From: Actinomycetes bacterium
GTDB lineage: Bacteria > Planctomycetota > Phycisphaerae > JAACET01
DNA: 64,000 nt
NCBI GenBank assembly: GCA_030614915.1
Contig: JAUXAG010000001.1
Coordinates: 61,170 to 125,169, forward strand
Direction: 5' to 3'
The notes under the pieces were generated by a model, which saw only the letters and a list, made by a program, of their open reading frames with translations, was not told the DNA's origin and made no database searches. The position numbers were made by a program, and so were the translations under genes. Shown in pieces: positions 18,824-27,475 of the stretch (position 1 is the stretch's first letter; every line of letters starts with the position of its first letter).

Positions 18824-20290
18824 ATGGCTATTGCAGGAAGAAACGTACAAGGTGCCCCCCCGCCTTACGGCTTGATAGTATTGGTGATGCTGACGGTGAT
18901 TCTGGCGGCAGCTGCGGTGTGGCTCTACATTAAATGGGACCAGTCAAATCAGGAATTGGTCAAAGTGCGCCAGAGGCAGGAGCGTCTTTTGACCAGCCGG
19001 GAAGCCAAGGACGAACCGTACAAGACGGCGGAGGCTGAAGCTCTCAAGGCCGAGGGCCAACCGAGCGTCGTCGGCCACCTGCTGAGCCAGCGTGAGGAGT
19101 TGCGTTCGTCCATTGCCGCCGAGGCGGGTCTGAGTAATGCCGACCTGAAACAGAAGATAGACGCGGCCCTGCAGGGCGCCCGGGGCAGCCTCGGACAAGA
19201 CCAAGAGGTAAGCCTGTCGGGTCTGCCGTTGGTAGAAGTCGTCAAGACACTCAGCCAGGCTTATGATACCCAAAGCCAGGCCTTGAGTCGCCGTGAGGAT
19301 ACGCTGGCTGGGGCAGAAGCCTCGGCCAAACAGGCTCACGAGCAGATGCAGGCGGTAAGAACAAATGCAGACGAATATGCTGCCCAGGTCCGCTCGGATA
19401 TGCAAGCCAGGCAGGCCATGGTTGAGCAGTACCTGAAAGATTGGGACGCTAATCTGGACAAGCTGCGCAAGGACCTTGATAGCCTGCAGGAAACGTTGCG
19501 GACTGAAAAGGGTCTGGCCCGGGATAAGATCGAGGCCATACAAAAAGACCTCAACGACAACAAGAAACGCCTGCAGGCCCTGATTGATAAGGTCGAGCAG
19601 TGGCGCAAAGAAGGGGGCATCGACTTTAGGGGGATGGTCAGTCAGGCCGACGGGAAGATCGTGACTATGGTGGTCGGGCAGAACATAGTTTTAATCGACA
19701 TCGGCCAGGCAGAGCATCTGCCGTTGAGCCTGCAGTTCGAGGTCTTCTCTCCGGCTGAACGGATTACCGAAAGCACGCCCAGCAAGGGCACCATCGAAGT
19801 GGTCCGGGTGGGTCCGAAACTCAGCCAGTGCCAGATAGTGCATACAACCCCTGGTCAGTCCATCATTGCGGGCGACCTGATCGTAAATACGGTGTACGAT
19901 CGGCAGAACAAGTATGTGTTCAGAGTAATCGGGGAGTTCGATGTGTACGGCCGCGGCAAACCAGACGCCAGCGGGGCTGAGAGCGTGGAGATGCTGATCG
20001 AGCGCTGGGGCGGAAAGGTAGTGCCGGAACTGCAAGTGCAGACGGATTTTCTGGTAGTGGGCAGTGAACCGCAGATACCAGCCAAGCCGGACGAGTTCGA
20101 CCTGGCAGCTATGGCTCTATACGAACAGAAGCTCAAAGAATACAAGGCCTACGTGGAAGCTCAGAACCGAGCGGTAGCCCTGTCGATACCTATGCTGAAC
20201 CACAAGAGGTTTCTGTATCTTCTGGGGTTGGGCAATCGCAGTCTACAGGAGCCCTTGGATTACGATGAGTCCGACCCTTGGCCCCCCTAG
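18824..20290 (+). CDS. membrane-anchored coiled-coil protein with C-terminal BRCT-like domain
   Basis: 488 aa. One TM (LIVLVMLTVILAAAAVWLYI), about 230 aa of heptad-like Q/E/K/L-rich sequence, and a C-terminus VFRVIGEF...IERWGGKVVPELQVQTDFLVVGSEP...FLYLLG that resembles BRCT. Confidence 0.5.
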   Translation: MAIAGRNVQGAPPPYGLIVLVMLTVILAAAAVWLYIKWDQSNQELVKVRQRQERLLTSREAKDEPYKTAEAEALKAEGQPSVVGHLLSQREELRSSIAAEAGLSNADLKQKIDAALQGARGSLGQDQEVSLSGLPLVEVVKTLSQAYDTQSQALSRREDTLAGAEASAKQAHEQMQAVRTNADEYAAQVRSDMQARQAMVEQYLKDWDANLDKLRKDLDSLQETLRTEKGLARDKIEAIQKDLNDNKKRLQALIDKVEQWRKEGGIDFRGMVSQADGKIVTMVVGQNIVLIDIGQAEHLPLSLQFEVFSPAERITESTPSKGTIEVVRVGPKLSQCQIVHTTPGQSIIAGDLIVNTVYDRQNKYVFRVIGEFDVYGRGKPDASGAESVEMLIERWGGKVVPELQVQTDFLVVGSEPQIPAKPDEFDLAAMALYEQKLKEYKAYVEAQNRAVALSIPMLNHKRFLYLLGLGNRSLQEPLDYDESDPWPP

Positions 20291-20356
20291 CCACACTTCG
20301 TGTCTCTGGTAATCGGGTCCGAAACAAGGCGGGTCTTGCTCTTCTGGCAGGACTGA

Positions 20357-20623
20357 TTAGGAAAGGGGCGAATGCCCCCCCTTGCGGGCCAGGAATATCT
20401 CCCGAATGTCGCGGAGGGTGTATCCGCTACGATTGAGCTTGCGGATCAGCTTGATCCGATTTATAGATTCTTTATCGAAAAGACGCTGACCAGCGGGGCT
20501 TTTACCGGCGGGTTTGATAAGTCCAAGCAGCATGTAGTACTGCAGCGCTTGCCGGGAGATGGCTGCCTTTTCAGCCGCTGCTCCTATGCGTACCAGCGTG
20601 CGTTTCTTGGCAGTTTTATTCAA
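20357..20623 (-). CDS. MerR-family HTH transcriptional regulator (short)
   Basis: 88 aa. Motif IGAAAEKAAISRQALQYYMLLGLIKP...RLFDKESINRIKLIRKL. Confidence 0.7.
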   Translation of the reverse strand: MNKTAKKRTLVRIGAAAEKAAISRQALQYYMLLGLIKPAGKSPAGQRLFDKESINRIKLIRKLNRSGYTLRDIREIFLARKGGHSPLS

Positions 20624-20661
20624 GAGTTGCCTCCACTGATCACTCAGGCTTTAAGCCATCT

Positions 20662-21378
20662 TTAGCTAAGCCACCAGGCGTCAAAACGGAGGATATAAAT
20701 CCACAACAAAAGATTGGTCAGGCCATGGGCCACTACGCAGGCCAATATAGACTTGGTCTTGTACAGCAGCCAACTATAGAACAGGGCACAGACGAAAGCG
20801 GAGATATACCAGGGGTGTACCAGAGCGAACAGCCCGGCCACGGCCAGACAGGAAAACCAAGTGAACTCTCCGAGCTTTACTCTCTCGAAGTATCGGCTCA
20901 CGAACAGGCGCAATAGGAATCCCCGCCAGAAGAGCTCCTCCATCAGGGGCACGACGATCACCGCCCCAGCCATCCGAAAGGCTATCCACAACCAGAAGGC
21001 CCCGCCGCGACCGCCGAATTGTTCAACCGGATTGAAAAGATTCTCTGTATCCCAGGCATTTCCGCCCAACATTGGCAAGGGCGGATAGTGCCAATGAGCC
21101 TTGAAGAACTCCTCCATCCCAATCCACTGCACAGCCACTAGCACGCCAACCACGATCGCCAACCAGCTCCACCGCCAGCTAAGGCTCTTAAACTCCCCCC
21201 AGACCCACCACAAACAAACACCCGTAGCAACGGTCTTGAGCGGATAGAGCAACCATTTGAGCTGCGGAAAGCGAGACTCGCCCAGCAAAAAGACCCCAAA
21301 AACAATAAAAGGCAAAACATAGGGCAGATGAGGGCGGGTTGTGAATAGGCGATCACGTAGTTGGGACATTTGGGACAT
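20662..21378 (-). CDS. CPBP family intramembrane glutamic endopeptidase (CAAX-protease-related)
   Basis: 238 aa. Motifs PLMEELFWRGF, FALVHP and VVAHGLTNLL. Confidence 0.8.
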   Translation of the reverse strand: MSQMSQLRDRLFTTRPHLPYVLPFIVFGVFLLGESRFPQLKWLLYPLKTVATGVCLWWVWGEFKSLSWRWSWLAIVVGVLVAVQWIGMEEFFKAHWHYPPLPMLGGNAWDTENLFNPVEQFGGRGGAFWLWIAFRMAGAVIVVPLMEELFWRGFLLRLFVSRYFERVKLGEFTWFSCLAVAGLFALVHPWYISAFVCALFYSWLLYKTKSILACVVAHGLTNLLLWIYILRFDAWWLS

Positions 21379-21724
21379 ATAGAGTCAGCCCTGCAGTGAA
21401 TTCAAAATAAGCGATTTTAGTACACTCTCTCTCCTTATCGACAGAGACTCGCCTAAATCTTTATCCGCTTCGGCTGATAATTAGCCCAGCCGGGCCTCTC
21501 GACTAGCTCGAGACGGGCCGGTGGGGGCAGGTCATAATGGCTCAAAGCTGGTTTGGCGGTACGCACAATACCTAGGGGGGCCCGCTCTGAGAGTATCCAA
21601 ACGTTGCTTCACATGGTCCAGCTGCGTTCAAAGATGTTAAATAAATGTTGAACAGCAGGTTGGGGCAAAACAAAACGGCCCAACTACATGCGCTTAAATG
21701 CATGCTGGACCGTTCGTTATCCAA

Positions 21725-21797
21725 TGGGCAGGGGCGGATTTGAACCGCCGACACAGGGATTTTCAGTCCCTCGCTCTACCAACTGAGCTACCTGCCC
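21725..21797 (-). tRNA. tRNA-Phe (anticodon GAA)
   Basis: 73 nt: GGGCAGG-TA-GCTC-AGTTGGTA-GAGC-G-AGGGA-CTGAAAA-TCCCT-GTGTC-GGCGG-TTCAAAT-CCGCC-CCTGCCC-A. Full cloverleaf; CCA not encoded. Confidence 0.95.
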
Positions 21798-21987
21798 GCA
21801 GCGGGCAGTCAAATCCAGCAGCAAGACAGAATCGCCGCAGACCAGGCCTTGGGGCACTTTAGCATCGGCAACTATGAGTGTCAAGTCGCAGGCGATGGGT
21901 ATTGCAATCGGCCGGGCCAATCTTTATAGTCTGGGGTTATAGATACTCGCACTACGTATTCATAGGAGACCGACTATAGCCAGACCT

Positions 21988-22905
21988 TTGAGCATTATTG
22001 CCCCTCAATGGTGGGACTACACCACATTGGATAAGGAAATCCTTAGCGAGGCGGCTAAGCTGAGTGCCGAGGACCTGCTGGGGATGAGCCGAGAGGGTTT
22101 CAAGGTTGTATTTTACGACAGTCTGGAAGAGCTGTTTCTGGCAGAAGCCTTGGAATATATTAATGCCTGGAGGCAGTCCACAGCCGATAATCCAGTAGGT
22201 ATTTGCGGTCCTATCGGGCCGACCGAGCAGTTGCCGCTGGTGGCCAGGATGGTCAACAGTATGGGCCTGAATCTCGAGGACTCCCATTTCTGGGGCATGG
22301 ATGAATGGGCCGTCGAGGGCAAGACGGTTTCGGAGGATTATCCGATGTCCTTTGCCAAGACGGACAAGGAGCTGTGCTTCGACAGGATAGAGCCGGCCTT
22401 GAAGATGCCGGCCGAGAACCTGCACTTTCCGATGGGCGACCTGTCGGACTACAAAGCCAGCTGGCAGGGCGTCCGCTGTGCGGTGATGCAGGGCGGACAA
22501 GGCGAAGTCAAGCACTGGGCCTTCAACGACCCGCCCAAACGCGAGGGAAAATATAAGGACGAGCCACCTTCGCCGGCTGAATATCGCCAACTCGATACCA
22601 GGTACGTCGATTTGCACCCCTTGACCTTGATTCAGAATGCCCGGACCAGCGTGGCGGGGAATATACCTAGCGTGCTTCGACAGGCAGCCACGGTTGGCCC
22701 GGTGCAGACCTGGCAGGCTGAGAAAGTGTCTATCTGGCATCCGGGGCACTACGACAATCCCTTCGGGATGCGGCTGACGACGCTGATGATCAGTAAAAAG
22801 GTTCCGGACAGTTCAGTGCCCATGTCGCTGCTGGCCGATCATCCGAACGTGCAGTTCAACTTCTACCGTGGCGCTATCGGCAGCTGCGAAGTCCAGATGC
22901 ATTAA
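21988..22905 (+). CDS. glucosamine-6-phosphate isomerase/deaminase (NagB) family protein
   Basis: 305 aa with a TTG start. [20 protein letters not shown] and [10 protein letters not shown] motifs parallel the NagB/6-phosphogluconolactonase superfamily. Confidence 0.6.
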   Translation: MSIIAPQWWDYTTLDKEILSEAAKLSAEDLLGMSREGFKVVFYDSLEELFLAEALEYINAWRQSTADNPVGICGPIGPTEQLPLVARMVNSMGLNLEDSHFWGMDEWAVEGKTVSEDYPMSFAKTDKELCFDRIEPALKMPAENLHFPMGDLSDYKASWQGVRCAVMQGGQGEVKHWAFNDPPKREGKYKDEPPSPAEYRQLDTRYVDLHPLTLIQNARTSVAGNIPSVLRQAATVGPVQTWQAEKVSIWHPGHYDNPFGMRLTTLMISKKVPDSSVPMSLLADHPNVQFNFYRGAIGSCEVQMH

Positions 22906-22961
22906 TTTCTAGGATAGCCCAGCAGGCGTGGTGGTAAGCTCAGGTCAGGGACGGCCCCAGG

Positions 22962-23717
22962 ATGATAAGCTTCTCCTTACAGTCGGGCTCGAACGGCAAC
23001 AGCATTTACGTGGAGACCTCGGATACACGGCTGCTGTTCGATGCCGGCATCAGCGGACGGCAGGCTCAGCTGCGCATGGCCCAAAACGGACGGGATATCA
23101 ACAAGGTCCAGGCCTTGATTATCTCTCACGACCACAATGACCACATCCGCTGTGCGGGCATTTACCATCGAAAGTTCGGCTTGCCGGTGTATGTTACTCG
23201 GCGGACACTGGGGGCTGCCGAGAATCTTGGGCCCATCTGCCAAGTAGAGCACTTCGACGCGGGGCAGACGCTGAGCTTCGGGCGGACGAAGGTCCATACG
23301 CTGCCCACGCCTCACGACGGGGCGGACGGCGTGGCTTTCGTAGTCCAAAAGGGCCGAAAGAGATTGGGCATCTTCACGGACTTGGGACATATTTTCGAGG
23401 ATCTGCCCGAATGGCTCAATAGCGTGGATGCTGCATTTTTGGAGTCCAATTACGATCCGCAATTGCTGAAGACCGGCGACTATCCAGGCTGGCTCAAACG
23501 ACGGATCGCCGGCAAGCGCGGGCATCTGTCGAATCCCGAGGCGGCTAAGCTGGCTCGAGAGTGTTGCCGCAGATTGAAGACATTGGCCCTGGCTCATCTG
23601 AGCGAACAGAACAATACGCCTGAGTTAGCCCTGAAGTTGGCCCAAACTAAGGCTGAGGGAAAATATAAGGTCGAATTGGCCCCCCGCTATGGACCAGGAC
23701 CCATCCTGGAGGTCTAA
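22962..23717 (+). CDS. MBL-fold metallo-hydrolase
   Basis: 251 aa. HxHxDH motif (ISHDHNDHI), and the layout resembles PhnP/YycJ. Confidence 0.8.
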   Translation: MISFSLQSGSNGNSIYVETSDTRLLFDAGISGRQAQLRMAQNGRDINKVQALIISHDHNDHIRCAGIYHRKFGLPVYVTRRTLGAAENLGPICQVEHFDAGQTLSFGRTKVHTLPTPHDGADGVAFVVQKGRKRLGIFTDLGHIFEDLPEWLNSVDAAFLESNYDPQLLKTGDYPGWLKRRIAGKRGHLSNPEAAKLARECCRRLKTLALAHLSEQNNTPELALKLAQTKAEGKYKVELAPRYGPGPILEV

Positions 23718-23912
23718 CGCCTGCGCCTCAGCAGGGCCAAACTGCCAACGAGCAGCAGCCCCAGACCAACTCAGACGCAAAGGCGAGCCGCGCTGTCAAA
23801 CCCCCATCAGGGTGAGGGGTTATTTATCTGATTTTTACTGAAACTCCTAAGTCTTGCTCTCTCAAGGCATAACAACAATTCCAAAAAAATCTCAAAATTT
23901 ACTTGTGTCTTT

Positions 23913-23928
23913 ATCGCAAATATGCGAT
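23913..23928. promoter_or_regulatory. palindromic operator-like site ATCGCA-aata-TGCGAT upstream of the toxin-antitoxin pair
   Basis: 6-bp inverted arms located 19 nt upstream of the toxin ATG. Overlaps a -10-like GATATT/TATTAT. Confidence 0.4.
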
Positions 23929-23946
23929 ATTATTTATAGGGTAAGG

Positions 23947-24324
23947 ATGCCTCAAACTGAAACAATCTTCTACCAAGACGCCAAAGGACGGGTGCCGCTA
24001 TTGAGGTGGTTCGATGGTTTGCGCAAAAAAGTCGTGGATAAATGCATTGCCAGAATAACGCTGCTGGAGAAACAAGGCAACGAGTTGAGATTTCCGAATT
24101 GTAAACACATTGATGGCGACATATGGTCGCTGCGATTCAAACGGGGAAAAGTGAATTATCGAATTTTGTACGCTTTTTGCGGCCAAAATGTTGTTCTTTT
24201 GACAAACGGAACAACGAAGGAAAAGCAGATCCCTAATGTCGAGATAGAAAGGGCTAAGAGATACTTAGCTAATTACAGGAGCAATCCAGAGAGGCACGCA
24301 TATTCTGGAGGGTCACTGAAATGA
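23947..24324 (+). CDS. RelE/ParE-superfamily toxin (Gp49/HigB-like)
   Basis: Start at the internal ATG 23947 (MPQTETIFYQDAKGRVPLLRWF...IWSLRFKRGKVNYRILYAF...VVLLTNGTTKEKQ), which is the typical phage Gp49-like toxin layout. Confidence 0.7.
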   Translation: MPQTETIFYQDAKGRVPLLRWFDGLRKKVVDKCIARITLLEKQGNELRFPNCKHIDGDIWSLRFKRGKVNYRILYAFCGQNVVLLTNGTTKEKQIPNVEIERAKRYLANYRSNPERHAYSGGSLK

Positions 24325-24653
24325 AAAAGGAAGAGCAGAAAAAAACTAGCGCTACACGTATTTTGGGGGAGCGGTACGTAAAGGGCAATCGTAAACGTAT
24401 CCGAAGGATCGAGCGTGAGATAGAGAAAGCCGAAGTTGCTGCAAAAATCTATGAAATGCGAACCCAGGCAGGACTCAGCCAAATAGAATTGGCCCAACGC
24501 GTTAAAACAAGTCAATCTGTTATCAGCCGATTAGAGGACGCTGACTACCGAGGACACAGTTTACGAATGTTAGAGCGAGTGGCTGAGGCCTTAGACTGTC
24601 GGGTACAAATAGGGTTTGTGCCTAACGGTGCGTACGCCACACAAAAAGGCTGA
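24321..24653 (+). CDS. XRE-family HTH antitoxin (HigA-like)
   Basis: 110 aa. ATGA overlap with the toxin gene. HTH motif MRTQAGLSQIELAQRVKTSQSVISRLE. Confidence 0.7.
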   Translation: MKKEEQKKTSATRILGERYVKGNRKRIRRIEREIEKAEVAAKIYEMRTQAGLSQIELAQRVKTSQSVISRLEDADYRGHSLRMLERVAEALDCRVQIGFVPNGAYATQKG

Positions 24654-24757
24654 CTGCCAAGCCGCTACCGGCCCCAGGTTATGTGTGCGGTGCTGCTGAA
24701 TAGCTGCATGAGCATTTGAACTTAAAGCATTGCCTGAATTCGGAATGGAGTACAATC

Positions 24758-25678
24758 ATGAAAATTTTAATCATTGGTGGGACCGGCCACATAGGTTCTT
24801 TTCTGGTGCCGATGCTGGCCGACAAAGCTGAAAAAGTTATCGCCGTCTCAACTAGCCGCACAAGCGTTGAAGCAGCAGGCTGGGAGAACGTTCAACTGGT
24901 TCGGGCAGTCTACAAACGCAACGATCGCGAATGGAACGACTTTATAAATCAGATAGAATTTGACGTGTTAATAGATATTCTTGGAAGCGATGTGCCCGCG
25001 ACTTATGAGGCAGCGAAGCCACATTGTAAACATTACATTGCGTGCGGCTCAGTTTGGATGTTTGGGCCGCCGAGAGTTGCTCCCACCCCCGAAATAACGC
25101 AAGGGCCCTGCCCCTTCGAGTTCTATGCCACCAGATATGGGGAACTGCTGTCGACACAGGAGCGAGCTGAAAGCGATACTGTGGCATTTACGGCTATTAT
25201 GCCGCCGAATATTTGCGGTCCCGGCAAGATTCCTCTCGATGGTCACGGCGGCAGAGACCTGGAAGTACACAAGGCCCATATGCAGGGCAAACCGGTCAAA
25301 CTTTTCCACGGCTGCAATACATTGATTGGTCCATGCGACGCTGAAGATATAGCCCAAGCCTTTTTCCTTGCCGTCTGTAAGCCGGAGGAAGCCGCGGGAG
25401 AAATCTTTAACGTGGGTTCTGCATACGCCTTGTCGGCGGTTCAATTCATCGAAGCCTACGGCGAAATATATAACTCCAAAATCCCGATAGAATTTGTCAG
25501 CAGAGAAGTGTTCCTCAATTCGGTTCTTCCCGATCCGGACGCTAATTATCATTTCACCCAGCATATGTTGCCGGATATCTCAAAGATTCGCAGCAAACTC
25601 GGCTACGAGCCGAAGTACACTGCTGAAGAAACGATGGAAAGAGCCGTCAAGTGGATGAGGGACCGGGGCCTCTTGTAA
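24758..25678 (+). CDS. NAD-dependent epimerase/dehydratase family protein
   Basis: Start at MKILIIGGTGHIGSFLV (ATG 24758). Rossmann GxxGxxG motif. About 306 aa. Confidence 0.75.
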   Translation: MKILIIGGTGHIGSFLVPMLADKAEKVIAVSTSRTSVEAAGWENVQLVRAVYKRNDREWNDFINQIEFDVLIDILGSDVPATYEAAKPHCKHYIACGSVWMFGPPRVAPTPEITQGPCPFEFYATRYGELLSTQERAESDTVAFTAIMPPNICGPGKIPLDGHGGRDLEVHKAHMQGKPVKLFHGCNTLIGPCDAEDIAQAFFLAVCKPEEAAGEIFNVGSAYALSAVQFIEAYGEIYNSKIPIEFVSREVFLNSVLPDPDANYHFTQHMLPDISKIRSKLGYEPKYTAEETMERAVKWMRDRGLL

Positions 25679-25782
25679 GCAAGCGAGCGAATATATCGAA
25701 TGGAAGGGCGTTCAACCCCCCCTGATAAATCCGGGGGCTAAATAAACGCTATCAAAACTACTGCAACAACTTAACGCAATAT

Positions 25783-25982
25783 CTAGAAGCCATCCCAAAA
25801 CCCCAATTTCTGCTGCGAACGGCCCTCTTTGCTCTGCGAAGCGCTACGCAAAGCACGAGTTTGTCGTCTGGCTGCGTCGGGCGAACTCAATATATTCTCC
25901 AAATATGTATCGTTTTCGCTTCTTGCCAGCCAACAAAATTGCTCGTTCTCGCTACGAAAGCAGGTTTTGGGATGACTTCTAG
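25783..25982 (-). mobile_element. MITE-like element, copy B (inverted relative to copy A), flanked by CTAG/CTAG
   Basis: Reverse complement of copy A over its whole length, plus an extra internal insertion of about 33 bp (about 25827-25859). Perfect 4-bp CTAG at both ends. Confidence 0.75.
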
Positions 25983-25984
25983 TC

Positions 25985-26149
25985 TTAATTCTTTTCCGCT
26001 ATGCTGCTGATTCGCCCGATCAGTTCCCCGGCGGTGGATTCTTCCTTGGCTTCGGCAAAGACGCGCATGATGGGCTCGGTGTTTGAGCTGCGAAGCTGGA
26101 CCCAGCCTTGCGGCCAATCGATGCGTATGCCATCACTACGGAAATTTCC
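25985..26149 (-). pseudogene. 3'-terminal remnant of a phosphomannomutase/phosphoglucosamine mutase gene
   Basis: The last 54 codons, GNFRSDGIRIDWPQGWVQLRSSNTEPIMRVFAEAKEE..., match the alpha-D-phosphohexomutase C-terminal domain. The upstream part of the 147-aa track ORF has no such similarity, and about 400 aa of gene body are absent. Confidence 0.7.
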
Positions 26150-26184
26150 TTGTTTGCAAAAGATTGCCTTGTTATAATCCCGCC

Positions 26185-26365
26185 CATAACGGGTAAGGCT
26201 TAAAGAAACAGGGGGAGGGGCTGGACAAATAGCACGGCCTTCTTGCCTATACCACTGATGAAAAAAAGTTGATTCGAATAAGGGCGGCGCAGAGTAACAC
26301 TGCGCGGAAGGGCGAGCCTCCTCCCGCTCTCCGCAACGTAACCTGCGCCGTCTTTTTGTTGTTTT
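26185..26365 (+). ncRNA. candidate small RNA (promoter- and terminator-bounded, function unknown)
   Basis: Promoter: TTGTTT (26150-26155), 17-nt spacer, extended -10 TGtTATAAT (26170-26178). Terminator: 10-bp stem GGCGGCGCAG (26283-26292) / CTGCGCCGTC (26343-26352), directly followed by TTTTTGTTGTTTTT. No credible ORF inside. Confidence 0.3.
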
Positions 26366-26434
26366 TAGGGTTGGGATTGTAACCTTTGGACCGGTGCTGC
26401 GGGTTAGGACGAGTATAACAGCCGGCAAGGTGGC

Positions 26435-27475
26435 CTACCAATCGAGCTTCAGGCCTTGCTTGTTCCACTTGGCGAGCAGATTGCGGAGCATTTGCAGGGC
26501 TTCGTTGAGTTGTTCGCTGGCCAAGAGCATCTCTTCGTACAGTTGCGGATCGTAGAGTATTTTCCCGGCGGTTCCTCGGCCTTGATTGATCTGCTCGGCA
26601 GCCTTGTTGAGATGCCCGAGCAATTGGGAAATCTGCTCGGAGTTGCTGATAACGGCCTGGGCTGCATCGCGCATTTGCATGCCCAACTCGGAAGTGGTCT
26701 GGCGAGCTTGGCTGGTGAAACCTTTGAGATCCTCTAAAACCTCGGAGGCGTCTTGGCCGGCCTGTCGCAGATTCACCAGGCTCTGCTTGAAATTCTCCCT
26801 GTTTTCCTCGTCGCCGATGAAGTCGTTGAGGTTGTCGAGGGTCTGGGAAAACTGTTCGGCCAAACTTCTAAGGTCCAGAGGCGGGGCGCCGGGCTCAACT
26901 GAGGGCTCTGTTGTACCAGCTTCAGGGCCGAGAAGCATGGCATTGAGATTCTCGGCCAAGGCCCCGATCTTGGCTAAGGCGGGCCCTAATTCTTTCAAGG
27001 CGGGCTTAAGTTCGCCGGCCAAGCTGGATATTTCGCTGAAAGGGCTCGGCGGTATATGGGCTCTCAGGGTGGCGACGACCTGGCCGGGTGTCTTTTTCAT
27101 CATCACCGCCGAATGCTTGGGCAGAGCCTTGATCTCGATATAGGGCGGGCCGATCTGGCCCTGGTATATGGAGACAATCTCTACATCCTCCGGGATATTG
27201 TATCGCTGATTGATAGCTGCGATAATAGTAACGCCATGCCGGGGGTCTTCGGCCAAGTCCACACTGTGAATATGGCCGACAGGTTTGCCGTTGAGGTGAA
27301 TGGCCTGGCCCGGCAGCACCGCGGCGGTCTGGTCGGCCTGGATTTCAATGTAATAGTCGTCCCTACCAGTGAATAAACCTACTGTGGATTGGAACTTCAC
27401 AATCAAATAGGCCAATGCGGCCAGGCCCAGCAGTACGAAAAAACCGACAATGATATTTCGTCCGCGTTCACTCAT
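26435..27475 (-). CDS. mlaD: MlaD/MCE family protein with long C-terminal coiled region
   Basis: 346 aa. N-terminal TM (IIVGFFVLLGLAALAYLIV) and an MCE domain. 4-nt overlap with the upstream ATPase gene. Confidence 0.75.
   Translation of the reverse strand: MSERGRNIIVGFFVLLGLAALAYLIVKFQSTVGLFTGRDDYYIEIQADQTAAVLPGQAIHLNGKPVGHIHSVDLAEDPRHGVTIIAAINQRYNIPEDVEIVSIYQGQIGPPYIEIKALPKHSAVMMKKTPGQVVATLRAHIPPSPFSEISSLAGELKPALKELGPALAKIGALAENLNAMLLGPEAGTTEPSVEPGAPPLDLRSLAEQFSQTLDNLNDFIGDEENRENFKQSLVNLRQAGQDASEVLEDLKGFTSQARQTTSELGMQMRDAAQAVISNSEQISQLLGHLNKAAEQINQGRGTAGKILYDPQLYEEMLLASEQLNEALQMLRNLLAKWNKQGLKLDW

Noticed and set aside
21952-22749. 265-aa minus-strand ORF
   Set aside because: Antisense to the NagB-family gene. 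It is Arg/Gly/Leu-rich with no motifs, and the plus-strand frame carries conserved GMDEW and FNDPP motifs.
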